Source: an uncultured Gammaproteobacteria bacterium (GTDB lineage: Bacteria; Pseudomonadota; Gammaproteobacteria; Steroidobacterales; Steroidobacteraceae). Taken from it: DNA of 64,000 nucleotides. Made by a program: the position numbers and the translations under genes. The notes below the pieces were generated by a model, which saw only the letters and a list, made by a program, of their open reading frames with translations, was not told the origin of the DNA and made no database searches. Shown one piece after another: positions 54,904-63,645 of this stretch (positions are counted from its first letter, which is position 1; each line of letters begins with the position of its first letter). The stretch lies in NCBI GenBank assembly GCA_963809645.1, contig CAWEKK010000014.1, positions 23,960 to 87,959 of the forward strand. Reading direction: 5' to 3'.

Positions 54904-55265
54904 CTCTTGTCCTCTTTATTGTCGCGCGCCACCATCGGCCCGAGAGGCCGCCCTCCCAGGAGATGCACGTGCAAGTGATACACCTCCTGGCCGCCATGTG
55001 CATTGCAATTGATGATCAGCCGATAGCCGCTCTCGGCGATGCCTTGCTGCCGCGCGAGATCGCGCGCCACAATAAACATGTGGCCGATCAGTGATTCGTC
55101 CTCATCGGCAATATCATTGGCAGTCGCAATGGGCTTGTTGGGAACAATGAGTATATGCACCGGCGCCGCGGGACGAATGTCCAAAAACGCAATCACTCGC
55201 GGGTCGCGGTAGAGCACGGTAGCCGGTAGGTCGCCGGCAATGATCTTCTCAAAAAGCGTAGGCAT
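54900..55265 (-). CDS. HIT family (histidine triad) nucleotide-binding protein
   Basis: 121 aa. MPTLFEKIIAGDLPA..., and the HIT motif VYHLHVHLLGG. Confidence 0.88.
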   Translation of the reverse strand: MPTLFEKIIAGDLPATVLYRDPRVIAFLDIRPAAPVHILIVPNKPIATANDIADEDESLIGHMFIVARDLARQQGIAESGYRLIINCNAHGGQEVYHLHVHLLGGRPLGPMVARDNKEDKR

Positions 55266-55355
55266 TTCATACGCCTCCGATGATTCTTAGGATCTTCAAG
55301 ACTATCAGGAACTGCTGCGGCTATCGGATAGGATTGTGAGGTGCGTAATAGTAAT

Positions 55356-55374
55356 GGGAACGATTCTCATATAG
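55356..55374. promoter_or_regulatory. Weak Fur-box-like sequence upstream of feoA
   Basis: GGGAACGATTCTCATATAG matches about 10 of 19 positions of GATAATGATAATCATTATC by hand alignment. It sits in an AT-rich patch 10-30 nt upstream of the feoA ORF. Confidence 0.2.
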
Positions 55375-55384
55375 AATTGCGTTC

Positions 55385-55690
55385 ATGCTGACGCCTCGTC
55401 CCGACCCTCTTGTGCCTGCGGCAACCGCCGACATTCCGCTCATGGATTTGAGCATGGGGGCCGCTGCCCGCGTGGTCTCCGTTTCAGGGGCCGATTCGAA
55501 GACACCCGCCGATGTGGGCCGCCGCCTGGCCGAGTTGGGCTTTTTGCCCGGCGAGGCGGTGCGTATCGTGGCGCGGGGGCTGCTGGCACGGGCGCCGATC
55601 GCGGTGCGCATCGGCACAGGAACCTTTGCGCTGCGCCTATTCGAGGCCGCCTGTATCCGCGTATGTCCGGAGCAGCCGCAGCTTCCGTAG
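55385..55690 (+). CDS. feoA: Ferrous iron transport protein A (FeoA)
   Basis: The SH3-like FeoA pattern is LMDLSMGAAARVVSV...RRLAELGFLPGEAVRIV...IAVRIGTGTFALRLFEAACIRV. The true start may be the internal Met. Confidence 0.75.
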   Translation: MLTPRPDPLVPAATADIPLMDLSMGAAARVVSVSGADSKTPADVGRRLAELGFLPGEAVRIVARGLLARAPIAVRIGTGTFALRLFEAACIRVCPEQPQLP

Positions 55691-55695
55691 ATCCC

Positions 55696-57570
55696 ATGGA
55701 CGCCGCGCCAAGCGCTCTTTACCCTCTGATTGCTTTGGTTGGCAATCCCAACTGCGGCAAGACGGCACTTTTCAATATTCTAACCGGCAGCCGCCAGAAG
55801 GTTGCCAACTACGCCGGCGTTACGGTTGAGCGCAAAGAAGGGTCGCTGCTCACGCCTTCGGGTCTGCGCATTCGAATTCTCGACTTGCCCGGCGCCTATA
55901 GCTTGGATCCGCTGACTCCCGACGAACAAGTAACCGCCGATGTGCTTCTCGGCCGCCGCACCGGCGAGACCGCCCCTGATTTTGTCGTTTGCGTCACGGA
56001 TGCGACCAATCTGCGGCAGAACCTGCGCTTGGTGTTGAGCCTGAAGCGTTTGGGACTGCCCATGGTCGTGGCACTCAATATGACCGATATTGCGCGCCGC
56101 AAAGGAATAGTCATCGATGCGGATCGCCTGGCTCTTGAACTCGGCGTCCCCGTGGTGGAGACGGTTGGCGTCAAAACGGCGGGCGTCAAATCCTTGATCA
56201 AAGTGCTCGATTCCACCGCCATCCCAGGGCGCAGCATCCAAACGACGGCCTGGCAGCCCTTGAGCCGGGCGGATATCGAGCACGACCAGGAAGAGGTGCG
56301 CAGAATCTTAGGGGCCGTCGGCGGCGATCGCCTTGACGGCGTGACCTTGAGCGATCGGCTCGATGCGGTGGTGCTGCATCCTCTGCTGGGGCCGATAATT
56401 CTGGCCGTAATTCTATTTTTGGTGTTTCAGGCGGTGTTCGCCTGGGCGCAGACGCCCATGGACGAGATCAAGCTGGGCGTCGCCGCCCTGGGTAATTGGC
56501 TGGGCGCGGCACTGCCGGCCAGCCTCATGAAGGACCTGTTGATCAACGGGGTGCTGGCAGGGGTCGGCAGCGTGCTGGTGTTTCTGCCTCAGATCATCAT
56601 CCTGTTCTTTTTCATCTTGGTGCTCGAGGACTCCGGCTACCTGCCGCGCGCCGCGTTCCTGCTGGATCGCGTCATGGGCAGCGTCGGTTTATCGGGACGC
56701 GCCTTCATCCCGTTGCTGTCGAGCTTCGCGTGCGCCATTCCCGGAATCATGGCAACCCGCACCATTCAGAATCCTCGCGATCGCCTGGCCACCATCATGA
56801 TTGCGCCGCTGATGACTTGTTCGGCGCGCCTGCCGGTGTACGCGCTTATCATCGGCGCGTTCATTCCCCGCCGCACGGTCTGGGGCGGCCTGGAACTGCA
56901 GGGCGTGGTGTTGTTTGCGCTTTACGTTGCCGGCGTCGCCGGCGCAATGGCCGTGGCATTCGTGCTCAAGCGCCTGGGCACCCGCGGCGGATTTCAGGCA
57001 CTCATGCTCGAGCTGCCGGCCTATCACTGGCCGAATCTGCGGAATTTAGGGATTGGCCTGTGGCAGCGCGTGGAAATCTTCATGAGCCGCGTCGGCACCA
57101 TCATTCTCTCCTTGATGGTCATTCTCTGGGCATTGAGTTCCTTTCCGGCGCCTCCGCCCGGCGCCACGGGGCCGGCGATCCAGTACAGCATTGCCGGACA
57201 TCTCGGCGCGTGGCTGGCCGTGCTGTTCAAACCCATCGGCTTTAACTGGCAAATATCCATCGCCTTGGTTCCGGGCTTGGCGGCACGCGAGGTTGCGGTC
57301 GGAGCCCTGGGAACCGTCTATGCGTTATCGGCGACCGGTAACGATGTCAGCAACGCCTTGACGCCATTGATCACCCAATCGTGGAGCCTGCCGACCGCGC
57401 TGTCCCTGCTCGCGTGGTACGTATTCGCGCCGCAGTGCCTATCGACGCTTGCCACGGTCAAGCGCGAAACCAATTCCTGGCGCTACCCTCTAATCATGGC
57501 GGCATATTTGTTTGCGCTGGCCTATGTAGGATCATGGATTACGTTTCGCATCGCAACCGCGTTAACTTGA
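55696..57570 (+). CDS. feoB: Ferrous iron transporter FeoB
   Basis: The G-domain reads IALVGNPNCGKTALFN...DLPG...NMTD, followed by a polytopic permease domain. Uninterrupted, 624 aa from ATG 55696. Confidence 0.95.
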   Translation: MDAAPSALYPLIALVGNPNCGKTALFNILTGSRQKVANYAGVTVERKEGSLLTPSGLRIRILDLPGAYSLDPLTPDEQVTADVLLGRRTGETAPDFVVCVTDATNLRQNLRLVLSLKRLGLPMVVALNMTDIARRKGIVIDADRLALELGVPVVETVGVKTAGVKSLIKVLDSTAIPGRSIQTTAWQPLSRADIEHDQEEVRRILGAVGGDRLDGVTLSDRLDAVVLHPLLGPIILAVILFLVFQAVFAWAQTPMDEIKLGVAALGNWLGAALPASLMKDLLINGVLAGVGSVLVFLPQIIILFFFILVLEDSGYLPRAAFLLDRVMGSVGLSGRAFIPLLSSFACAIPGIMATRTIQNPRDRLATIMIAPLMTCSARLPVYALIIGAFIPRRTVWGGLELQGVVLFALYVAGVAGAMAVAFVLKRLGTRGGFQALMLELPAYHWPNLRNLGIGLWQRVEIFMSRVGTIILSLMVILWALSSFPAPPPGATGPAIQYSIAGHLGAWLAVLFKPIGFNWQISIALVPGLAAREVAVGALGTVYALSATGNDVSNALTPLITQSWSLPTALSLLAWYVFAPQCLSTLATVKRETNSWRYPLIMAAYLFALAYVGSWITFRIATALT

Positions 57571-57585
57571 GGGCGAGCTTTTAAG

Positions 57586-57888
57586 ATGAACGCTCTGCTG
57601 GATGACTTTCTCGTCGGCGCGGTGCTGATCGCGAGCTTGGGCTACGCCGCGTTCAAGCTCGGCCCGGCATCCTTGAGAAAACGCATTATCGCGGCATTGA
57701 GCCGGATCGCCGGGGCCGCGCCGGCATTTTTGAATCTGCGGCAAGTCTCGCAACGGCTCGAAACCGCTTCCGGCAAAACTCAAGGAGCATGCGGGGCTTG
57801 CGATAATTGCGGCACTGAGTCTACTTCAGTGCCGCAATCGCCTGCCGACATCCGCGTGCCCGTCGGCAAGATCGGCCGACGCGCCTAG
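57586..57888 (+). CDS. Putative FeoB-associated Cys-rich membrane protein
   Basis: 100 aa with an N-terminal TM helix (FLVGAVLIASLGYAAF) and the Cys cluster GACGACDNCG. It lies immediately downstream of feoB. Confidence 0.45.
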   Translation: MNALLDDFLVGAVLIASLGYAAFKLGPASLRKRIIAALSRIAGAAPAFLNLRQVSQRLETASGKTQGACGACDNCGTESTSVPQSPADIRVPVGKIGRRA

Positions 57889-57898
57889 CAGGCTACGG

Positions 57899-59959
57899 CT
57901 ATTTAGCCCCCGCAGGCGCCAATGCGCCTTTGAGGCTGACGGCGCCGCTCACCGTCTTCGGATCGACCGTGATGTCCTTGAGCCTGGCAGCGACATCCGC
58001 CGGTACGTCTTTCTGGCTCCGGCCGCCCAGGTACTGCGCGAAAAAATCCTCCATCGCGGTTATGTACGCCAAGGTATTGATGGGCCGCGCGAAGCCATGA
58101 CCCTCGTCCGGGGCAACGATGTACCTGACCGGCTTGCCGTTGTCGCGCACGGCCGCGACGATCTGATCACTCTCTCTGACATTGACACGCGGATCGTTCT
58201 TGCCCTGTACCACCAGCAGCGGCGTCACGATCGCCTTGGCCTGGGTCAAAGGCGACTCCGCAACCAGCAACGCTTTGCCCTGCGGCGTGGTGGGATCGCC
58301 CATGCGGGTGTACATCTGTTTGCGCCCTGCCTCCCAATAGGGAGGTATCGCGTCGAGCAGGGTGATCAGGTTCGACGGTGCCACGTAGGCGACTGCGGCT
58401 GCATAAACCGTCGGCGTGAACGCAACGCCGGCGAGCGTCGCGTAACCGCCGTAGGAGCCGCCGGAAATGCCGACGCGCTTCGCATCTACCACACCTCCGG
58501 CTACCAGTGATTTCACGCCCCAGGTAATGTCGTCCTGCATTTTGCGGCCCCACTCCCCGTTGCCGGCGTTGAGGAATTTCTTGCCGTAGCCGGTGGAGGC
58601 GCGGAAATTGGGCTGCAGCACGGCATAGCCGCGATTGGCGAGGAATTGCGCGTTGGTGTCGTAGCCAAAGGAGTCGCGGCCCCACGGTCCGCCGTGCGGG
58701 TACACCACCAGCGGCAGATTCTTCGCCGCCAGGCCTTTCGGCAGGGTCAAATAAGCCGGAATGTCGAGGCCGTCGGAAGATTTATAGTGATAGGGCTTGC
58801 GATGCGCCAGGGAGCCGCGCGGAATTTCTTCGCGCACTCGGTATTGCAGCACCAGGGTTTTTGCCGCGCGGTTCCACACATAGACAACGCCCGGTTCGGT
58901 GTCGCTGTGAGCGCTGACGATCCAGATGTTTTCGTCATTTGAACGCGCGCCGAAGCTGAGTTCGAGCGCAGGCAGCTTGGACTGCAGCCAGCGGAAGTCC
59001 GTCTCGAAGGACTTGTCCTTGAAGTAGCGCCGCAGCATGTCGTCTTCATATTCGGTGAACAGGAGGCGGTGATCGACCTTTGAAATCTCCACGTTGTGAA
59101 GGTCGACGCGCTTGTTCGGATCGTCCTCCACCTTGGTGGTTGCGCCGGTGGCGACGTCCATCATCTGCAGTTCGGTAAGATCCAGCGCGCCCTTGTTGGT
59201 GGCGAGGAAGACCTTGCTGCCGCCGGCGTCGAAATCGAACGCACCGCAATTCTCCAGTACGCTGCAGCTGTAGATGGTCTTGAATCCATCGGCATCGACC
59301 CGCAAGATCTCGGTATCTCCGGATTTGGTGGTGCGCACGGCGAGCCGCAGCGTCCCGATGTCGTCGAACTGCCAGGCCGCAATCTGGTCGGTGTTCTTGC
59401 GCAGCAGTTTCTTCTCACCGCTCGAGATGCTGAGTTCGTATAAATCGTGCCACTTCGGATCACGGTCATTCAGGCCGATGTACAGGATGTCCGGCTTGGC
59501 TTTGGGAGTCGCAAAGATTTCGGTGCGCACGCCCTTCAAGCTGGTCAGCGCGCGCGTCGGCGGCACGCCGCTGGCCGGATCCGCGGGCAATTTAGGATCG
59601 ATGGCATAGACGTTGAAATTCTCGTCGCCGCCGGAATCCTGCACATAGAGGATGTACTTGGAGTCGTGGCTCCAGAAATAACTGCGGATGGGCCGAGACG
59701 CTTCGGCGCTCACCGGACGCGCCGCGCTGAACGGTTCATCGGCTCCCTTCACCCAGATATTGCGGGTTCCTTTGTAGGGCTTGAGGAACGAGAGATAGTG
59801 CCCGTCGGGCGAGATCTGGGCGCCGGCGATCGCTACTTCGCCGTAAAACAGATTGCGATCGATCAGGGGCGGCTGATCGGCCGGCGCCGCCGCCGGTGCA
59901 GCGAGGGCCGCCGGAGCGGCGAGGGCAGTCAGCAGCAAGACCAAAGCTAGATGTTTCAA
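57899..59959 (-). CDS. Secreted S9 family serine peptidase (prolyl oligopeptidase/dipeptidyl peptidase type)
   Basis: 686 aa with a signal peptide, a beta-propeller N-terminal half and an alpha/beta C-terminal half. The nucleophile motif is GGSYGGY, with later ...GKNDPRV...DEGHGF. Confidence 0.9.
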   Translation of the reverse strand: MKHLALVLLLTALAAPAALAAPAAAPADQPPLIDRNLFYGEVAIAGAQISPDGHYLSFLKPYKGTRNIWVKGADEPFSAARPVSAEASRPIRSYFWSHDSKYILYVQDSGGDENFNVYAIDPKLPADPASGVPPTRALTSLKGVRTEIFATPKAKPDILYIGLNDRDPKWHDLYELSISSGEKKLLRKNTDQIAAWQFDDIGTLRLAVRTTKSGDTEILRVDADGFKTIYSCSVLENCGAFDFDAGGSKVFLATNKGALDLTELQMMDVATGATTKVEDDPNKRVDLHNVEISKVDHRLLFTEYEDDMLRRYFKDKSFETDFRWLQSKLPALELSFGARSNDENIWIVSAHSDTEPGVVYVWNRAAKTLVLQYRVREEIPRGSLAHRKPYHYKSSDGLDIPAYLTLPKGLAAKNLPLVVYPHGGPWGRDSFGYDTNAQFLANRGYAVLQPNFRASTGYGKKFLNAGNGEWGRKMQDDITWGVKSLVAGGVVDAKRVGISGGSYGGYATLAGVAFTPTVYAAAVAYVAPSNLITLLDAIPPYWEAGRKQMYTRMGDPTTPQGKALLVAESPLTQAKAIVTPLLVVQGKNDPRVNVRESDQIVAAVRDNGKPVRYIVAPDEGHGFARPINTLAYITAMEDFFAQYLGGRSQKDVPADVAARLKDITVDPKTVSGAVSLKGALAPAGAK

Positions 59960-60051
59960 TTTTTTATCCTATAACGCAGTGAGGTGTTTGCTGGAGTGCG
60001 CCATAATGCCAGACTGCCGATCCAGATTCCTTAGTTGCCAAAGACCGCTCA

Positions 60052-61014
60052 ATGCCAATACCTGAGATTTTGCGCGATCGTTTGCGCTTACCCGTCATCG
60101 GCGCACCGATGTTCATCGTATCCACTCCCCGATTGGTCCTGGCGCAATGCAAGGCCGGCATCGTGGGATCATTTCCGGCGTTGAATGCGCGGCCGGTCTC
60201 GCAGCTCGACGAATGGCTGGCGCAGATCAGCGAAGAGTTGGCGGATTATCGCCGGGCGAGCCCGGGGCGCAAGGTGGCGCCCTTCGCGGTCAATCAAATC
60301 GTGCATAGCAGCAACAATCGTCTCGAAGAGGATGTGGCACTGTGCGTCAAACACAAAGTGCCCATCGTCATTACCAGTCTGCGGCCGCCGGCCGAAGTGG
60401 TGGCGGCCGTGCACGGCTACGGCGGCATCGTCTTTCACGATGTCATCAATCTGCGTCATGCGGAAAAAGCGGCGGCGCAGGGCGTGGACGGCATCATCGC
60501 GGTATGCGCGGGCGCCGGCGGGCATGCGGGCTTGCTAAGCCCGTTTGCGCTGGTGAAGCAGATCCGCGAAGTGTATCCGGGAGCGATAATTCTGTCCGGT
60601 GCCATGAGTACCGGGGCCGACGTATTGGCGGCGCGGGCGCTGGGCGCGGATCTGGCGTACCTGGGAACGCGCTTCATCGCGACGGAGGAAGGCAATGCTC
60701 CGCCGGAGTACAAGCAAATGCTGGTCGACAGCGCCGCAGAGGACATCGTCTACACATCCCTGTTCAGCGGCGTGAACGGCAACTACCTGCGCGGCAGCAT
60801 CGCGCGTGCCGGCCTCGATCCCGAGCATTTGCCGGAAGCCGACAAGACCAAGATGAATTTTGGAACCGGCGGCAACACCGCGGCGAAAGCGTGGCGCGAC
60901 ATTTGGAGCGGGGGTCAAAGCGTCAGCGGCATTCACCAAGTCGAGGGGGTGGATGCGTTGGTTGCGCGGATGGAGGGCGAGTATGCAGCGGCGCGCGCCG
61001 GTTTCAGTTTCTGA
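60052..61014 (+). CDS. Nitronate monooxygenase (NMO/2-nitropropane dioxygenase family)
   Basis: 320 aa. LPVIGAPMFIVSTPRLV..., VDGIIAVCAGAGGHAG and LGADLAYLGTRFIAT. Confidence 0.85.
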   Translation: MPIPEILRDRLRLPVIGAPMFIVSTPRLVLAQCKAGIVGSFPALNARPVSQLDEWLAQISEELADYRRASPGRKVAPFAVNQIVHSSNNRLEEDVALCVKHKVPIVITSLRPPAEVVAAVHGYGGIVFHDVINLRHAEKAAAQGVDGIIAVCAGAGGHAGLLSPFALVKQIREVYPGAIILSGAMSTGADVLAARALGADLAYLGTRFIATEEGNAPPEYKQMLVDSAAEDIVYTSLFSGVNGNYLRGSIARAGLDPEHLPEADKTKMNFGTGGNTAAKAWRDIWSGGQSVSGIHQVEGVDALVARMEGEYAAARAGFSF

Positions 61015-61054
61015 GCAGCGGCGCTTGAGCGCTTCCATGCTGGTGCCGGTTTAA

Positions 61055-62077
61055 TTGCGTCTCCGCGCCGAACAATTGCCGGCGGCGTTGGCCCGAGGAT
61101 TGGCCGGGATCTATCTGGTCTCCGGCGATGAGCCCTTGCTGGTCGGCGAGGCCGCCGACGCCATCCGTGCCGCGGCGCGCGCCGCCGGCTACGCGGATCG
61201 CCAGGTATTTTTCATCGACCGCAGCTTTAACTGGGACGAGTTGCGCCTCGCCAGCCAATCTCTGTCGCTGTTCGCCGAGAGACGTCTGTTCGAATTGAGG
61301 ATGCCGAGCGGCAAGCCCGACAAGGGCGCCGCGTTGCTGGCCGAACTGGCCGCCCAATCGGCGCCGGATCTGACCTACCTGATCATCACCGACAAACTCG
61401 ATAGAAAGGCCGCCGACACGCCGTGGGTCCAAGCAATCGAAAAGCACGGCGTATGGCTGGCGATTTTCCCGGTCGAAACCGCGGCGCTGCCCGCGTGGCT
61501 GCGCACCCGGGCAAAAATGCTGAATGTCGATGTCGAGCCGGAGGCATCGCAGCTCATCGTAGACCGCGTTGAAGGCAATCTGTTGGCGGCACAGCAAGAG
61601 CTTACCAAGCTCGCTTTGTTGGCGAACGGCGAGCCGATCAGCGTCGACCTGGTGCTGCGTTCGGTGGGCGACAGCGCGCGCTACGATGTGTTCCAGCTGG
61701 CTGAGGCCGCCGCCGGCGGCGATGCAGCGCGTGCGCTGCGGGTGCTGCTCGGGCTTAAAAGCGAGGGCGTGGAGCCGACGCTGATTTTGTGGGCCCTGCT
61801 GCGGGAGCTGCGCGGAATGTGGCAGGCCCGCGAGCGGGAGCGGTTGCGGTCCTCTGCGCGCGGCAGCCCGTGGAACCTGGCAGCGACGCCATCGGCGCGC
61901 GCACTCGGGCGGCTCAAGCGCCTGCCGTTGGCGCCTTTGCTGCTGCAGGCCAGCCATGCCGACCGCGTCATCAAAGGTCTGGCGCCGGGAGATGCGTGGA
62001 GCGCGCTGACCGGTCTCACCGGCGCATTTGCCGGTGCTTTGCAAGCGAGTACGGAATCAGGCAGGGTGGGCCGATGA
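61055..62077 (+). CDS. holA: DNA polymerase III subunit delta
   Basis: MRLRAEQLPAALARGLAGIYLVSGDEPLLVGEAADAIR...GNLLAAQQELTKLAL...YDVFQLAEA. TTG start. The stop overlaps the nadD ATG (ATGA). Confidence 0.85.
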   Translation: MRLRAEQLPAALARGLAGIYLVSGDEPLLVGEAADAIRAAARAAGYADRQVFFIDRSFNWDELRLASQSLSLFAERRLFELRMPSGKPDKGAALLAELAAQSAPDLTYLIITDKLDRKAADTPWVQAIEKHGVWLAIFPVETAALPAWLRTRAKMLNVDVEPEASQLIVDRVEGNLLAAQQELTKLALLANGEPISVDLVLRSVGDSARYDVFQLAEAAAGGDAARALRVLLGLKSEGVEPTLILWALLRELRGMWQARERERLRSSARGSPWNLAATPSARALGRLKRLPLAPLLLQASHADRVIKGLAPGDAWSALTGLTGAFAGALQASTESGRVGR

Positions 62078-62721
62078 ATCCCATGGGCATTTTTGGCGGT
62101 ACGTTCGACCCGATTCACTATGCGCATCTGCGCACGGCGTTCGAGCTGCAGCAGGCGCTGCGCCTGAAGGAAATCCGGTTTCTTCCCGCCGGCAATCCGC
62201 CGCATCGCGACCAACCCATTGCCGATGCCAGGCTGCGTCTCGAGATGGTGCAGTTGGCCACCGCGGGACAGGCGGGATTTGTGGTCGACGATCGCGAGGT
62301 ACGCAAGGCCGGCCCCTCGTATTCGGTGGAAACCCTGGCCGAGCTGCGGCATGAGTATCCGGACCGCAGTCTGTGTCTGATCGTGGGCATGGACGCCTTT
62401 TTGAGCCTGCCCAAATGGCATCAATGGCAGGAACTGCTGCAATTGGCGCACTTGGTGGTGGCCCACCGTCCCGGCTGGCGCGCGCCGGGCATGGGACCGC
62501 TCGGAGAGCTGTTGGTGGACCGTGGCACGGGACGCATCAATGATTTGCATGAATCGCGGGCCGGCTGCATCTTTATTCACGCCGTGACCCAGTTGGAGAT
62601 CTCCTCCACCGAGGTCAGGCAACTCATTGGGATGGGCCGCGATCCGCGCTTCCTCATGCCCGATCCAGTGCGTAAACTGATCTTAGATACCCAGTGTTAT
62701 TCCAGGAACCGGACAACGTAG
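62074..62721 (+). CDS. nadD: Nicotinate-nucleotide adenylyltransferase
   Basis: GIFGGTFDPIHYAHL (the (H/T)xGH-type motif), ...PSYSVETL...ISSTEVRQ. Confidence 0.9.
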   Translation: MNPMGIFGGTFDPIHYAHLRTAFELQQALRLKEIRFLPAGNPPHRDQPIADARLRLEMVQLATAGQAGFVVDDREVRKAGPSYSVETLAELRHEYPDRSLCLIVGMDAFLSLPKWHQWQELLQLAHLVVAHRPGWRAPGMGPLGELLVDRGTGRINDLHESRAGCIFIHAVTQLEISSTEVRQLIGMGRDPRFLMPDPVRKLILDTQCYSRNRTT

Positions 62722-63167
62722 TGCCAGTAAAGCGAAAGACAAAATCCACCGCCCAGCCGCCCAAGGCGGCGCGCAAGCCAAAAGCGGCGTCTGCCAGGCC
62801 CAAAGCGGCCTCCGCCAAACCCAAAGCAGCTTCTCTCAAGACCACGGTACTCGACGCCCTCGACGGCATGAAGGCTCTCGATGTGAAGTTTTTGGATGTC
62901 CGAGGCCTGACCGACATCGCTGATTTCATGGTGATCGCCAGTGGAACCTCCGACCGGCACGTGCGCTCGGTCGCGCAGCGGGTGGTCGAGAAGGCCAAGG
63001 AAGCGGGCTTTCGGCCGCACGGAGTCGAAGGTCAGCAGGACGGTGATTGGGTTCTCATTGACCTTGACGAAATGATCATCCACGTCATGTTGCCGCGTGT
63101 TCGCGAGTTCTACGGGCTGGAGAAATTGTGGGACATGACTGTCACGAAGCGCGCCGCGCGCGCCTGA
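62721..63167 (+). CDS. rsfS: Ribosome silencing factor RsfS with a Lys/Pro/Ala-rich N-terminal extension
   Basis: The core reads LDALDGMKALDVKFLDVRGLTDIADFMVIASGTSDRHVRSVA...WVLIDLDEMIIHVMLPRVREFYGLEKLW. GTG 62721 overlaps the nadD TAG. There is no ATG between it and the conserved core. Confidence 0.85.
   Translation: MPVKRKTKSTAQPPKAARKPKAASARPKAASAKPKAASLKTTVLDALDGMKALDVKFLDVRGLTDIADFMVIASGTSDRHVRSVAQRVVEKAKEAGFRPHGVEGQQDGDWVLIDLDEMIIHVMLPRVREFYGLEKLWDMTVTKRAARA
62769..62834 (+). repeat. Three tandem ~21-nt coding repeats (ARKPKAAS / ARPKAAS / AKPKAAS) in the rsfS 5' region
   Basis: Read directly: gcgcgcaagccaaaagcggcgtct / gccaggcccaaagcggcctcc / gccaaacccaaagcagcttct. Confidence 0.8.
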
Positions 63168-63174
63168 TCCTGGC

Positions 63175-63645
63175 ATGAAATGCCGGTTGATCGCTGCCGG
63201 TACCCGTCTCCCTGACTGGGTCAACAGCGGATTCCTTGAATACCAAAAGCGGTTGCGCACCCCGTTGGTTCTGGAGCTTCATGAGATCTCCCTGGCGACC
63301 CGCAGCGCGGGCGAGAATCCGCAGCGCGCCGTGCAGCGGGAGGGCGCCGATATGCTGGCGGCCATCGGCCGCGATGACTATGTGGTAGCGCTGGAAATTG
63401 CCGGCAAGTCCATGAACACTGAAGGGTTGAGCGCGTGGCTGGCGCAGCGCCTGCGCGATGCGCGGCCGCTGGCGCTGCTGATCGGCGGTCCGGACGGACT
63501 GGCTCCCGCGGTCTTGGAAAGGGCCGATCAGCGTTGGTCGCTCTCGCCTTTGACACTGCCGCACGCCTTGGTGAGGGTGGTGGTGGCGGAACAGATCTAC
63601 AGGGCCATGAGTTTGTTGGCCGGGCATCCTTATCATCGCGCGTGA
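63175..63645 (+). CDS. rlmH: 23S rRNA (pseudouridine1915-N3)-methyltransferase RlmH
   Basis: 156 aa. [15 protein letters not shown]...YQKRL...LLIGGPDGL...[23 protein letters not shown]. Confidence 0.9.
   Translation: MKCRLIAAGTRLPDWVNSGFLEYQKRLRTPLVLELHEISLATRSAGENPQRAVQREGADMLAAIGRDDYVVALEIAGKSMNTEGLSAWLAQRLRDARPLALLIGGPDGLAPAVLERADQRWSLSPLTLPHALVRVVVAEQIYRAMSLLAGHPYHRA

Noticed and set aside
34039-61054. Classical mobile genomic island or integrative element
   Set aside because: I found no integrase, transposase, conjugation or phage genes, no tRNA target and no flanking direct repeats. Coding composition looks similar to the flanks by eye. I kept it only as a synteny break.
61004-62044. 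346-aa ORF on the - strand
   Set aside because: It is antisense to holA, which sits in conserved operon context with overlapping stop and start to nadD.
62769-62834. Short tandem repeats as a possible CRISPR or VNTR locus
   Set aside because: There are only three 21-nt units with no spacers. They are in frame within the rsfS 5' region, so this is a coding repeat, not a CRISPR array.
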